64,000 nucleotides of DNA, from NCBI RefSeq assembly GCF_006345805.1, contig NC_043020.1, positions 18,414,001 through 18,478,000 on the forward strand. The letters are read 5' to 3'. Source of the stretch: Octopus sinensis. Taxonomy: Eukaryota. Position numbers and translations under genes: made by a program. Below, piece by piece: positions 35,763-49,740 of the stretch (position 1 is its first letter; every line of letters starts with the position of its first letter). The notes beneath the pieces are model-generated. The model made no database searches. It had not been told where the DNA came from and saw only the letters and a list, made by a program, of their open reading frames with translations.

Positions 35763-35947
35763 ATGTCCACTTGTGGTCCTTCTGCTTTGCCCACCTCCGC
35801 TGCTGCCAACGACAACAACGATAACAACAACGGCAACCACCCCGTCTTTCACTCAGCCTCCGCCGCCTCTCCAAAGGCCACAACAACAACAAACTACAAC
35901 AAACAAGGATTTTGGAAAAAAAGTACAATAACACCAGTGCCTGGGAG
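35763..35947 (+). CDS. Probable first coding exon of an unidentified gene
   Basis: ATG...[61 protein letters not shown](R) ending AG|gtaagt (consensus donor, phase 2); no homolog recognised. Confidence 0.55.
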
Positions 35948-35989
35948 GTAAGTGTCTGCTACACTATTGTTTATATTGCTATATTATAC

Positions 35990-36177
35990 ACACACATGTA
36001 TTTATACATATGTGTGTATACATATGTATATATATATACACATATGTGTGTATTTATACATACATACATGCATATATATATTTATATATGTGTGTGTCTG
36101 TATATTATATATATATATATATACAAACATACAAACGTATATATGTATATACAAACATACATGTATATATATGTGTG

Positions 36178-36211
<34 letters not shown>

Positions 36212-36650
36212 AACATACAAACGTATATATGTATATACAAACATACATGTATATATATGTGTGTGTATATATTATATATATATATATACATACAAATGTA
36301 TATATGTATATACAAACGTATACATGTATATACATATGTATATATATATATGTGTATATATATATGTATATACATACATACAAACGTATATATGTATATA
36401 CAAACGTATACATGTATGTGTATATATATATATGTATATACATACATACAAACGTATATATGTATATACAAACGTATACATGTATGTGTGTATATATATG
36501 TGTATATATATATGTGTGTGTATATATACATATGTATGTATATATATATATATATATAATATATATATAAATATTCACACACACATACGTATATACAAAC
36601 GTATACATGTTTATACATATGTAAGCGTATATATGTATAAATATGTGTAC
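35990..36650. repeat. Compound (TA)/(TG)/'atacaaacgtatatatgtat' repeat of about 660 bp
   Basis: Seen directly; source of the long I/Y/C-rich ORFs. Confidence 0.92.
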
Positions 36651-39600
36651 GACTAATTCACCGGCAGCAGAAACAGTAAATAATATTTCAGTTGACTTAG
36701 AATTAATTGATTTGTCGGTCTTTTTTGGTTCTGAACAGAAAAACAACCACCAAAAAAAAACAACAAAAGAGAAAACTGAACGAAACGTAAACCACTTCGA
36801 CCTCTTCTTCCAAGTCTTTTACTCTCTATGTCTCCACTGAGTTTTCGAAGTGTTTATTCCTTTGTGTTGACGATAACCAATTGAATATATCATTCCATTC
36901 ACATCTAGGATGCTTTATTAATAATATTAAAACCAGGTTCCAATATTTGACTGGAATTTTGTTTGGTAACTGTTTTAACCACTGTACCTTCCCTTCCACC
37001 GAAATACAAGCAAAAACACCCCATGATGCTCTTAGGTTTGTTCATAAATGGAAAAGGATAATATTTTCTTAATCATTTGAAATATGGAATGTACATAAAG
37101 ATATCAGATGTAAACAGCCACTCCAAAAGACCTCCAAGCAATCCCCACTTCAAATAACAAACCTATTAAAGAAATCTGAAGGTTAACAAACCCATATTTT
37201 AAAATAGTTCTTGATGTGTCAGTGTTTAAACTTTAGGAAATAATTTTTATTCACAAACTCTCACGGTAATTCGTGTAAAAGTAACAACAGAAACATGGAA
37301 ATAGCTAATTGACATCCTCGTATTTTACAATTGTTGACAGTTTTATTATTATACATAAAAATGTCTTAGTTATTCCTTAAAATCGGCCAACAATAAATAA
37401 TGACAGTATTTGTAGAGCCAGCGAGGAGGAGGGAGAGAGATTGTGGTCGTGGTCGGAAGATCTGCTAGAAATAACAGTCAGATGTCTCTCAGATCATATC
37501 ATAGTACAGACACGGGCAACTTTTCCGAGAAGCGGGCCGTATTAGATATGATTTATCATTAGGCGGGCCGCACCGCTAAAATATAATTCAAAGTAGTTTT
37601 TCGTTAGTTGTGGTATTCAGAAAGACCGCAGGTTGCCCGTGACTGGCTTAGTGTCTTACGAAAGAAACATGGTACATTGGGCAATGGTGTTTTAAGTACC
37701 CCCACCAAAAAAAAAAACAAAAAGAAACCGGTATGGTCACAGCTGGAACACTTTCGACTATAAGGTCTGGATTGATCTAGGGAACAAACTGAGCAACAAT
37801 AGAAAAATGTTTGTCTTGCTAACAAGAAAGCTTATAAATGTTTATTCAACCTGCTAAAAATAGCAGCTAGATTTCTCTCAGATCACACCTTACCTTCTTT
37901 AAAAAACGGTGACACGTCAAAGAGGACTGAATTTTAATATAAGGTCTGCTCAGTCAGGGTCGACCTGCTGAGGGGCTCAACAAAAACAACAGCTCAGTGC
38001 TTGTTGATGCATCTTAAACCACTTGTTTTATTTATTTCATTTAATTTTTTTCCTTGTATGAAAACAATCAACCATTCTTATTTATCTTTGGGTTTTATTT
38101 TATACGGGTTGCGGTGTAAACTGGCGGTGGTCCGTGCGATGAAGGCCAGATTTATTAAGTCAGTGGGAAAATTCGTTCGAGAAGCGGGCGTGGGTGTTTT
38201 GTCGATCGGTTTGTTGGGTGAAGGTATCCAACGCCAGGTGACTGCTGTGGTGCTGTGTTATGATTTTGTAATGGTATTGTCAACATTGCCGTGTTTTTGT
38301 ACACGTCAGAACCGACTCGCTTAGATATTCTCCACTGGTCTTCTCAAGCTTCCAACTCATTCTCGGCGTAAATTTCCAATTTTCAGACTACAATACAGCC
38401 CAGCCCGTTCCACACAACGCCGGGTCCTCTACCTGGTCGTTTGATCTGCTAGAAATAGCTATTAAGTTTCCCTCAAATTACATATGAAAAAGGGATAAAG
38501 GACTCCTGGAAATGTAATGTCCAAGAGGACAAAGTGAAACGCCTTGGCATAAATCTCCATTTCAGATACTACATACAACCCACCCCTACCGCCCACGCGG
38601 GGGTCCTCTATCCGGTTGTTTGATCTGCTAGAAATAGCAATTGAGTTTCCTTTAGATTACACACGAAAAGTAAAGGACATGTTAGATATTTTAGTCCTGG
38701 AAATATAATGCCCAAGAGAAGGACAAAGTGGAACGCTTTTGATCATAAATCTGCTCTTAGATTTGGGGTTAAACAACCACCTAACTAGAGCCCAACAACT
38801 CAGCTTCTACGTCATAATTCGACCTTCAAAAAATAGCAGCCAAACTTCTCTTAACTCGTACACTCGTCTTAAAAGTAGGGAAGGTACACTGGGTAAGTTT
38901 ATCTTTATACCAACTGATGGGATGGTCTCAGCCGGAGCACTTTTGATCAGGACTGACTTTCGGCCGAACATCAAAGGCAGTTTTAACGAACCAAGGAAAG
39001 AAGCCATTATATGGTCACTCACTCTGCTAGAAACAGTAGGAAAATCTCACTCAAACCACACACTACCCTCAGAACCGAGACGCCTTTAATCGTTAATCTG
39101 CTCTATCAGGGCCAACAAAAATTGGAACCGCAGCAGTCAACAGTGGGATATTATGGTTGGTTATAGGTGCACTGTGCTTGGGGGGTGAAAGTGGGGGAAT
39201 GTTCATGACCGGAATCAGAAGTCTGTTTTAACCAAGGATGACCCGGAGCTTAACAAACTACAAAGGCAATTTAACAACAAATTTTGAACTTTATTCATAA
39301 AATAATCTTAAAACATAGCTTCGATTGCCAGGTTTGACAATTTTTACCTGACCTAAAGGTTTTGGAAAACGTTATATAATCTCATTTTCCTCACATCTTT
39401 CAGACTTCATTCTCATTTAGGAAGTTACATATGTAGGCATACACACACAAGTGTGTCCCCCCCATCTCAAACACTTTGTTTCCCCATAATTTTCACAAAA
39501 ATGGATAGTTCTTATATGGCATGCACTAATTTTTGTTTTATTACATTAAATTCTGATGCAATCGTAATCTTACACATCCTGAATAGTATTTGTTGGAAAT

Positions 39601-41671
39601 CTCATTATAAAATTCCCCTTTTTTCTGAAAGTTATGTGAAAACAAAGTCGACTCATATGAATTATCAGAAACACCCTCTCCGCTCCACTCCCATCTCCAA
39701 AATATATTTTTCACAACAAATTACGGTTTAATCGGAATCTGCAGCACCTGAAATATATTTGTAGACGATTTCATTGACAAATATCCATTTTCCTCAAAGT
39801 TATGAGGAAACAAATTTGTAAGAGTCTGTGTGTGGGGAGGACACGCTTATGGAGGTGTGTCTATGTGTGAAGACGATACGAAAGGGCATTGCATCGGGGT
39901 TAATTAACTGACCAACATTTTGTTGTCATGCCTGTATTGATTTCTGACATGGACACATGGTTTCGAATTTAGGGAGCGAGTGAATAGACAATGATATCGA
40001 TTCCAGGTACTTATTTTATCGACACCCTACCTCCGCGGAAAGGTGAACGGTAAAGTCGTCCCTGAAAGAATTTAGGCTCAGCACAGAACATAAATAACGC
40101 TACCTTAATACTGAAATGCATTTTATTTGATTCTTTGAGTAGATTCTGTCAATCCACGGCGGTTGCGTTACGTTGCTAACATTGTTTTGCGACACCTGTT
40201 GCCTTCACACCTCCTGTGCTTGGTTTGACAGCTTTGATCCACCGTTAAAAGTACCTCCACGTTGTCATTTGACGACGTGTGTGCGAGATATATTTATTTT
40301 CCTTTCATGTAGCTGTCCTTATTGTTTAATTACAAGTACTGAATGGCTAATCTCATCATCATCATCGTTGTGTACGGAAGTAGAATTAAATAAAGAAAGA
40401 TAACTCATGTTGGCAAAATTGTGGAACAGCATAATTATCCTTGTCAATACAGGTACTGCTACCGAAAACTAAGTACTGGGAATTTCGGTCTCGTTTGTGC
40501 TTCATTCTTAGCAAAAATGCTTATTAAACCCCTCTTCAATATGAAAAACAACCACTCGTAGGGTAAAATCGAAAATATATATTTTTTCTCCCACGGTCGT
40601 AATTCCGTGCGAAAGGTAATTAACCAGGTAGCAAGTGCCATATTTTGCGTTACGTTTACCTAGAATTCGCCCGGCTGTCGGCTGTTGTTTCGCTCTGAAT
40701 CTGCCTTGATCGAGCACTCTTCTGATTAAAAGCATTCCTGTCACGACTATCCCGTCTTCCCCCCCCCCCACCGGGTACACTTTGTCCAAATATAGCAAAG
40801 CGTGGTGTATATCAAACGTGCATATTTCGCTTTGAATTCTTTCGGCGTGTTAGATTCGGACCATTAACTTCTGATTGCGCCATCTTGATTGACAAATGTG
40901 TAAGGGATGTTTTAAACTCAAAGATCGCCTTCTGGGACTGTATTAATTAAAGACCCCTTTTTTGTATGACGGCAGGGTTTTTTGTTTTGGCTGCTATTTC
41001 TAGCGGGTCGATTGCGTACATAGAGGTTTCCTCCTTGACTCATTTCCATTTCGGGTGTTTTTCTTGTGAAGGAAGCAAATATACAAGCCAACTGGTTAGA
41101 AGTAGCTGTCAGATGTCCCTTAAATCACACCATCATATTGAATTGTGGAAGGGCACTTAAGACAGTGTAGTCCTAGATATACAAAAGACGGGATAGTTAT
41201 GGATGGCAATACTTTTGATAAGTCTGCTCAGTAAGAGTTAATCTGGAGCAACACCTCTTATTGACACACACACACACACATCCAATGTCAGCTGCTCTGA
41301 CAGGAAGTGTCTCACCCATTGATAACCGATATGGTTTATGAATTGTCTCTCTGGCAGATGCTATTGTTGAAACCTGTATGTAAGCAGGCGTCTGACATTA
41401 ACGTAGAGATATCCACCATAGTGCTGTACCATACACAACACAAACACATTTAAAAAAAATGCACAACGTGAAATTTCACACAAAAAAAAGGAAAATTGAA
41501 GACATACACACACAGGATGACTGTAGGTCATAGAAACTATTTAGATCAGTGGTTCTCGAGGGGGATCCATATAAGATTTTGTTGTCAAAATATATCTGCA
41601 ATTAATTAGTTTTGCTTCTGCAATACACAAAATATTTTAAATTTTTTGATACAATTCCTAATAATATTCAA

Positions 41672-42090
41672 CCCCTTAGTGTTCAAATTATTCTGTCAAA
41701 TATATTGCTTATTTATTCACATTTTTTTTAATTGACCAGGCATTATCGCATAGCTTTGAGATTTTGATGATGTGAGTGTATAGTTTTGGAATGATATTGT
41801 AGGTTAAGTGTAAGAAGTCAGATCTAGCTAGGTTGAACATAAAGCAAATATAATACTGGGCTGGATATGGCTGGTTTAACCCTTTTGTTACCGTATTTAT
41901 TTTGAGATGCTTTTAAATAGAACAAAGAATTTAGTAAAATAACTTCATTATCATTCAGCTAGTGTTAGGAACATTAATTGTGACTAAGGTTCGGTGGAAG
42001 ATTTTAATTCAGAACTTATGAAAACAAGACATTTGTACTACAGAGCCGGTTTCAGCCGGGTTGGTAATGAAAGGGTTAAATGCTAAAGGG
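41672..42090. mobile_element. TTAA-type (piggyBac-like) MITE containing a second MITE (41880-42075)
   Basis: Inner TTAA|ccctttt...aaggg|TTAA; outer tcaa|ccccttag...ctaaaggg|ttga. Confidence 0.7.
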
Positions 42091-43019
42091 TTGATTATAA
42101 GTGTATAATATTTTTTTAAACATTGAATGACAAGGAGGGTCCATCTGAGTAAAACAGGAATCAAAGAAGTGCAAAGGTAATAGATGGTTGGGGAAAAAAC
42201 TGATCTAGATTCATCATCATCATGTTATGTTTTCTCATGCTGGCATGTGTTACACAAGTCTGTCCTAACACAGCATCCTATCACTTGTTGTAGTCAGTTA
42301 GTAACTTACTCAATAACATCGAAGACCCATTCATCTTCTTTGTTGGGTACAACATGCTATTTGGTCTGGTTTTTAACAAGTGGATGTCTTTCCTATTGCC
42401 ATCCACAGACAGTGTGGAGTGGGTGTACCCTACCATTTCACTGGTACTAGGAATGCTTATTGCCTGCCAGCTTTTATTTAGAATTGTTACTCTGCTAATT
42501 GGGTTGCTTTTGCTGCAGCTTCTGGAATTCACATCTTCTTTGGTTATTTTCTTTTTCCATTTATTTTATTGTTTTTGTTTTTTAGTACAAGCTTCTTCTC
42601 ATTAAACTAGCAACAGGTATAAGTACAATCATGACTAGGTAGTTAAGAAGTTTGCCTCACACCTATGTGGTTACAAGTTCTAGTTTGTTGCAGGGTGCCG
42701 TGGGCAAGTTTATGCTACCATACTACTCTAGGGTTAACCAGCTCCTTCTGAGATGTGTGTGTGTGTATTATACACACACACACACACACAATCATCATTT
42801 TCCATTCTGGAAAATTGGGCAGTTTGACAGGAGCTGGCAAGCCAGAGAGCTGCACCAGGCTCCAATTGTCTGTTCTGGCATGGTTTCTATAGCTGGATGC
42901 CTTTCCTAATGCTTGCCACTTCAAAGAGTGTACTCGGGTCCTTTTTACATGGCACCAGCACTTTACACAAAGCACCTGCACATTTGCTTTTTATGCAGTA
43001 CCAACACACACACACACAT

Positions 43020-43237
43020 ATACTCTTTTACTCTTTTACTTGTTTCAGTCATTTGACTGCGGCCATGCTGGAGCACCGCCTTTAGTCGAGCAAATCGACC
43101 CCGGGACTTATTCTTTGTAAGCCCAGTACTTATTCTATCGGTCTCTTTTGCCGAACCGCTAAGTTACGGGGACATAAACACACCAGCATCGGTTGTCAAG
43201 CAATGCTAGGGGGACAAACACAGACACACAAACATAC

Positions 43238-43268
<31 letters not shown>

Positions 43269-43440
43269 CATATATACGACAGACTTCTTTCAGTTTCCGT
43301 CTACCAAATCCACTCAAGGCTTTGATCAGCCCGAGGCTATAGCAGAAGACACTTGCCCAAGTTGCCACGCAGTGGAACTGAACCCGGAACCATGTGGTTG
43401 GTTAGCAAACTACTTACCACACAGCCACTCCTGCACCTAG
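43020..43440 (-). mobile_element. SINE family B, full length, young
   Basis: Very close to the 6603 and 10876 copies. Confidence 0.85.
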
Positions 43441-43910
43441 ACAGTAGTAATGTACTCGTGATGGGCTTCTTTCAGTTTCTGTGTATCAAATCCACTCACA
43501 AGGCTTTGATTTGGGGCTATAGTAAAAGACATTTGCCCTATGTGCAATGTAGTGGCGGCTGAACTGAAACCAAGTGGTTGGGAAGCAAACTGCTTACCAC
43601 ACAGCTATAATTGCACCTATTAACACAAACACATGTATCTGTCTGTCTGTCTGTGGATAGATAGAGATGTATTTGTATACCATTCATTGATTAATTAAAG
43701 TTGTAAATATTGAAGAGAAAAGAATACAAACTAGTGCATTTGAACAAACATCTATTGAAGTATTTATTTCACCTGAGTTGCTCTGGTCATCAGCTTTTGT
43801 CACCATAAATGCAGTGAGCCAGCCTGTTGGGAATTATAGTTAATTACAGTATTACTGAGGAAAAATGGTGACATAAATTTAATAAGAAATCTATATATAC
43901 ATATATATAT

Positions 43911-43946
<36 letters not shown>

Positions 43947-44485
43947 ATGGCTACATTTTAGCAATGCTACAGTTTAGGTTTTATTAAAACATTAGTCTAA
44001 TGTATGACTTTGGACATCTGTTGGTCAGATAGAATTTGATATCACTCAAGAACAGGTAGGATCAGTGACCAGTGTGTAGTCAAGCCAGAATGATGTGAGT
44101 GAAGAATATATAAAGTGATGTTGAGTATTAAGTGCTTAAACGTGGGTATAGGCATACCCGTCATTTTGCAACCATGTAATTTTGAGTTCAGTACAAAGCA
44201 CAGCACTTTTAACTCTTGCTTCTGGTTGACCAATGCCATTGTCATTGTTTTTAATGTTCACTTTTCCATCCTTGCATGGGTCAGATAGCATTTGTTGAGG
44301 TAGATTTAGATTTTCTACAGCTGGATGCCCTTCCTGATTCCAAGTAAAGTAATTTTCCCCACCCCTGTTTGGATGTGTTTTCAGGGAAGATTGGAAACAA
44401 AGGACTCTGCTTGTATGACAGTGGCATTCATTTATAACTATCCTGTGATACCATGACATGAAGACAAACACATATGCAAGTTATA

Positions 44486-44568
<83 letters not shown>

Positions 44569-45087
44569 ATAAAGTGCATATGTATTTGTGTCTTGATGCT
44601 TCTAATTACTTGATGTGGTTAGCCATATCTGGAATATACCTGAGAGCTATTACGGTATCTGCCTGGCTAATTTATTCTCATATAATCATCTTATATATCT
44701 ATTTATGTATATTCTTTTTTTCTTTTACATGTTTCAGTCATTTGACTGTGGCCATGCTGGAGCATTGTCATGTAGAGATTTAGTCAAATAAATTGACCCC
44801 TGGGACTTATTTTTTTAAAAGCCTAGTACTTATTTTATCTGTCTTTTTGCCAATCTGCTAAGTTAAGGGGACATAAACACACCAATACTGGTGTATAGTG
44901 GTGATGAGGGACAAACACACACATATATGACTGGTTTCTTTCAGTCTCCATCTACTGAATCCACTCACAAGTCTTCAGTTGGCCCAAGGCCATAGTTGAA
45001 GACATTTGCCCAAGGTGCTGTGCAGTGGGACTGAACTCAGAACCATGTAGTTTGGGAAGCAAGCATCTTACCACACAGCCATGCCTG

Positions 45088-45120
<33 letters not shown>

Positions 45121-45332
45121 GATGGGTTTCCTTCAATTACTGTCTATCAAATATACTTACAAGGCTTTGGTTGGCCTTGGTCTATTGTAGAAGATACTGC
45201 CCATGGTGCCATGTAGTGGGACTGAACCTGGAACTAAGTGGTTGCGAATCAGTTTTCTTGATTACACAGCCATGCTTTGCATCCACGTGGTTTCAGGTTG
45301 TATCTCACTGTGAGTCACCTTGGGCAAGTTTA

Positions 45333-45418
<86 letters not shown>

Positions 45419-48254
45419 TAGAGATAGGGTAGAATATATATGTAAATTTATATATTCATATACAAATGTGTGTTTTTATATGGGTTGTTCAGACTCTAGT
45501 TAACCCTGATTGAATCAAGCTACGATCAGAGGCATTCCATCAGTGACCATCCTTCTTTTGGTACATTTATAACTATATTGAATCCTTCCTTTTTTTTTTT
45601 AATGGTAGGCTAGGATTTGAGAGATTCTGTTAGTTTTAGCAGATCGATTGGCTATGTAGAGGCTCCCTCACTTTGCATCTCTATGTGTAGTATTGTGTTG
45701 AAGCCTCTACCTCTGTAGTACAAATTGCCTGCCTCACCTGACCTTGATATATACCTGTGGGTAAATATTACAGACAAAATCAGAAGTTGATTTAATTAGT
45801 TAAATTTTCTTATCTTCTTAAATATTGTACGGAGTCTCTGTGGTTGTTTGATAAGCTAAAATAGCAGCCTAATTTCTTTTAAATTGCACCCCACTCTCTT
45901 AAAAATCAAAATCTAATCATCATTGGCTATTGATTGGTTGTGACTGGAATATCTTTTCTAGGTCAGAGCTGACCTGGGTTAAAAACAGCAGCATTTACCA
46001 TTTGTCCATTACAGTGTCCACTTCAACACTGGTGGCTTGACCTACTTTTTAAAGCTAGATCTCCTTCAGAACATTCCCTCATCTTTCAAAACAGTACAAT
46101 GGATAATGTAATTCTAGCTGCACTAGGAAATGGTCACAGCTGGAATGCCTTTTGAATCATAGATTTTCTTTATCAAGCTTAATCTGACACTACCCTCAAA
46201 CTACACCACCACCACTGCCACAACAACAACAAATATAGTATCTTAGAGAAAAGGAATCATAACTACTATTCTTAGATCATTTGTATTTGGGAAAGGCATG
46301 AGTGTCACTGCAGCTCCATTCCCATGCCTGTATAAGTCATTAATATAATTTGTTACTGTATGTTTCACTCTACATACACAAGAGGTACAGGAAACTAAGC
46401 TCTGTTAATTGGTGACCTACTGCTGTTGTCTCTAAGGAAATGGTTTCAATTCTTTGAGCCTGTCTACTTTTTGAAGTTGTTTAGTAGAGAGACCATCTAT
46501 CTCCATGACAACTGGGAATAGCACTTCTGAGAAATAACACACAGCTGAGCAACAAGGGAGCCTCAGAGGTAATTGGGTAAGGGTGGAGAGAGTGAAGGTA
46601 GTGCTCTTGACTCACTACAAGGCTTCTGAGGCTTGTGGTAGGGAGGAAAGGAACTATTCTCAAACCAGAGTCCTTGTAACAGAATGGACTGTGCTGAAGC
46701 CACTCCCACCAGGAGGTCAGATGGTGGTGTTGAACTGGGCAACAGATTAAGGTCTGCTCTACTTTAGTGTGTGTTCTCCCAGGCCAGTTACACTTTACCG
46801 TGCAGTTTAACCCCAACTCTAATCCTAATCCATACACAAAATCCTAACCTCTAACCATAACTGTAAATGCTAACCCTAAACTCAACTCCAAACCAGTGGT
46901 TTTCAACCAGGGTCTGTATAAGATTTTTTTGGGGTCCACATAACAATAGTAAATTAGAGATCCACAAAAGTATTTTAAGGGCTCCTGAAAAAATTTTGCT
47001 TCAGATCTATGTATTGCAAGAAACAGCTAGTTTTTTTCTATATTTTACACAGTTCAACCTATACAAATTAATGTGTGAAAAGCAAAATAGGAATTTTGAA
47101 AGAAGTTTCTATAAAACTAATTTTTAGACATCAAATGGCTATGGGGGTCCGTCAGAATAAAATAGTAATTAAGTGTGTGTGTGTGGGGGGTTCATAGATA
47201 AAAAAAGAATGATTGAAAACTCTTGCTCTAAGCCCTAGCATTAAAACTAATCCTAACCCAGACCAAGTCATTTTACAGCACAGACTGTCTACTGCAGTAG
47301 ACTATGCTGAAGCAACATTTTAAGGTCTATCACCCAAGTTTCTTAACCTACTAGAAATAAGTCAAATCTCTTGCAATTCTCATCCTACTCTCTTCAAAGT
47401 TGAAGACCACATCAGCTGATGTATAAATGTATAAAAATAGATGTATAAAAAAATGAAATGATCATGGTTGGAATGTTTTGGTCATAGTTGTGCTCCATTA
47501 GGGCCAACCTAGGGCTAAACAATGATAAATATTCAAGAAAGCAACTAATATCAGTACTAAAAGTAGTAGAAAAGTAGGAGTGTTTAAATACCTTTCTTAG
47601 TGTTTATTTCCGTTGCTTTCATTCTAAGTTCAAACCTCATTGGAGTGGGTTTCCTGTTGTGTGGTCATTCATCTGATATAAATCATATTCAGGTGCTACA
47701 CATTCCCTCTCACCCTTTCAATGTTATGGATTTCTCCCCCTCTCCTTTTCCATCTGTTCTATTTGATCAGGATAAGTGATTCTGCCTATTTAGAAAACTT
47801 TTGTGATTTTTGTTTACATAGGCACAGGAATGGCCGACTTTGAAACCACATGATTTCAGGTTCAGTCCCATTGCACAGCACCTTGGATAAATGTCTTCTA
47901 CTATAGCCCTGGGCCACCAGACCTCTACCCCCACCCTCAGCCTACCCACATACACCACCTCTGCCCTCAGCCTAACCCGTGCCCCACCCTTGCTTTCCCC
48001 ACTCTCGCCTCCCCCACCTCCTAACACCATCACACCATACCACACAACACACCACCACGCACACATCAGCACTGACCACTTCCCAGACCTACACATAGAC
48101 GCACGCACACGTCAAGATCACCAGCCCTCTTCCACACACACATACAAACTCTCTTATACACACACACGCGCACCTTTGTTTTGGGATCACCACTACTTTA
48201 TTATCTTCCCTTCTCTCTAGCTCTCCTGTGTGACCCTTCTGTCTAGCATTCGCC

Positions 48255-48430
48255 ATGATAGATTGCTAGCCACTACACATTCTTTATTTTCTCTCCTTGT
48301 TTCTTTCTGTGGAAGAGTGTAGGCTCGAAACGTTAAAGACTTTTTCACTTCCTGTGCGTTATACTAATACATCTGTTTGTTGTCTACATCACCTGTCTTC
48401 GTCTTTTGTTTTTTTTGTGAATTCTCCACC
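48255..48430 (+). mobile_element. Short repeat resembling a Penelope-like pLTR remnant (inverted copy at about 56400-56585)
   Basis: 'gaagagtgtaggctcgaaacgtt' motif followed by an AT-rich tail ending in a microsatellite; the two copies align. Confidence 0.5.
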
Positions 48431-49374
48431 TATACACACATACACACACACACACATTGTGTGTGTGCTTGTTTGTGTTTGCTCTTCATTCCACTATTTG
48501 ACAACTGGTGTTGGTTTGTTTACATTGCCTTAACTTAGCAATTTAGCAAAAGAAATTTAATAGAATAAGTATTAGACTTGAAAAATTCTTAGCATTGGAT
48601 TTGTTTGACTACAGCCTACAAGGCAGTGCTGCAGCATGGCCACAGCTCAATGGCTATAACAAGTAAAAGATTTGTTAATTAATTGTCCATCTTCATTAGG
48701 TTTTTTTTCCACTTATATTTTCTGCCTCCACCTCCAGTTCCTCCTCCGTATTTGACAATCTATTAATTTGGTTAATTCTTGTTAAAGAGGCATTAAATCC
48801 TTTGTTAGTTTCTTACTGTTGCATTCATGTATTTCATGATTTCTGTAACACCCTCAAATGTCATATTTAAAAAAAAGATTAATTTCAAAAAATTTAAATT
48901 GATGTTGAAGGCACTGGTGGGCTTACTGAACAATTAGCAAATAAATAATTAAATATTACATTCAGATCAATCCAGCATGGTCTACCCCTACACCCCAGTT
49001 TAATAACAATGAGATCAATTCAAAGCAGCGTATCTGGAACATTAGGAAACTAACAAACTTTCAAGTTTTGCCCATAAAAGGAGTAAAACTGAGTAGTGTT
49101 AAACCTTACAGATTTAAAGTATTGAGCTATGCTAGCAGTTTGTTGTATTTATTCATGAATGACAAAAGAAATACCTTCATAAATATATGAATCTCTCTAT
49201 GCAAAGTGTATCATCATCGTCATCAATTAGTGTCATTTTCCATGCTGACATGGGTAAGATGGTTTCACTGGAACTGTTAAGTTGGAGAACTGCACCAAGC
49301 TCCAGCCTGTTTTGACTTGGCTTCTATGGCTGGATACCATTCCACAGAATGTACTGGTGACTCTTATGTGTTAC

Positions 49375-49740
49375 TGGTACAGGGGCCTTTTTCATGTCAC
49401 TGGTACAGGTACCTTTTATGTGTCACTGGCACAATTACCTTTTATGTGTCACTGGCACAAGTGGCTTTTATGTGTCACTGGCACAGGTGCCTTTTATGTG
49501 TCACTGGCCCAGGTGCCTTTTATGTGTCACTGGCACAGGTGGCTTTTATGTGTCACTGGCACAGGTGCCTTTTATGTGTCACTGGCCCAGGTGCCTTTTA
49601 TGTGTCACTGGCACAAGTGCCTTTTATATGTCACTGGCACAGGTGCCTTTTACATGTCACTCGCGCGGGTGCCTTTTTCATGTCACTGGCATCGGTGCCT
49701 CTCACATATCACTAGCTCAGGTGCCTTTTGTGTGACACCA
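49375..49740. repeat. 26-bp minisatellite (about 13 units) inside a family A repeat
   Basis: Unit tcactggcacaggtgccttttatgtg; the ORFs show a 26-aa period, equal to 3 units. Confidence 0.9.

Noticed and set aside
35912-36746. ORFs of 180-234 aa on both strands
   Set aside because: Almost entirely dinucleotide or compound microsatellite.
46481-46890. 118-aa minus ORF and degenerate CCCTAA-like tract
   Set aside because: No recognisable domain. The telomere-like units are too degenerate and short to call an interstitial telomere.
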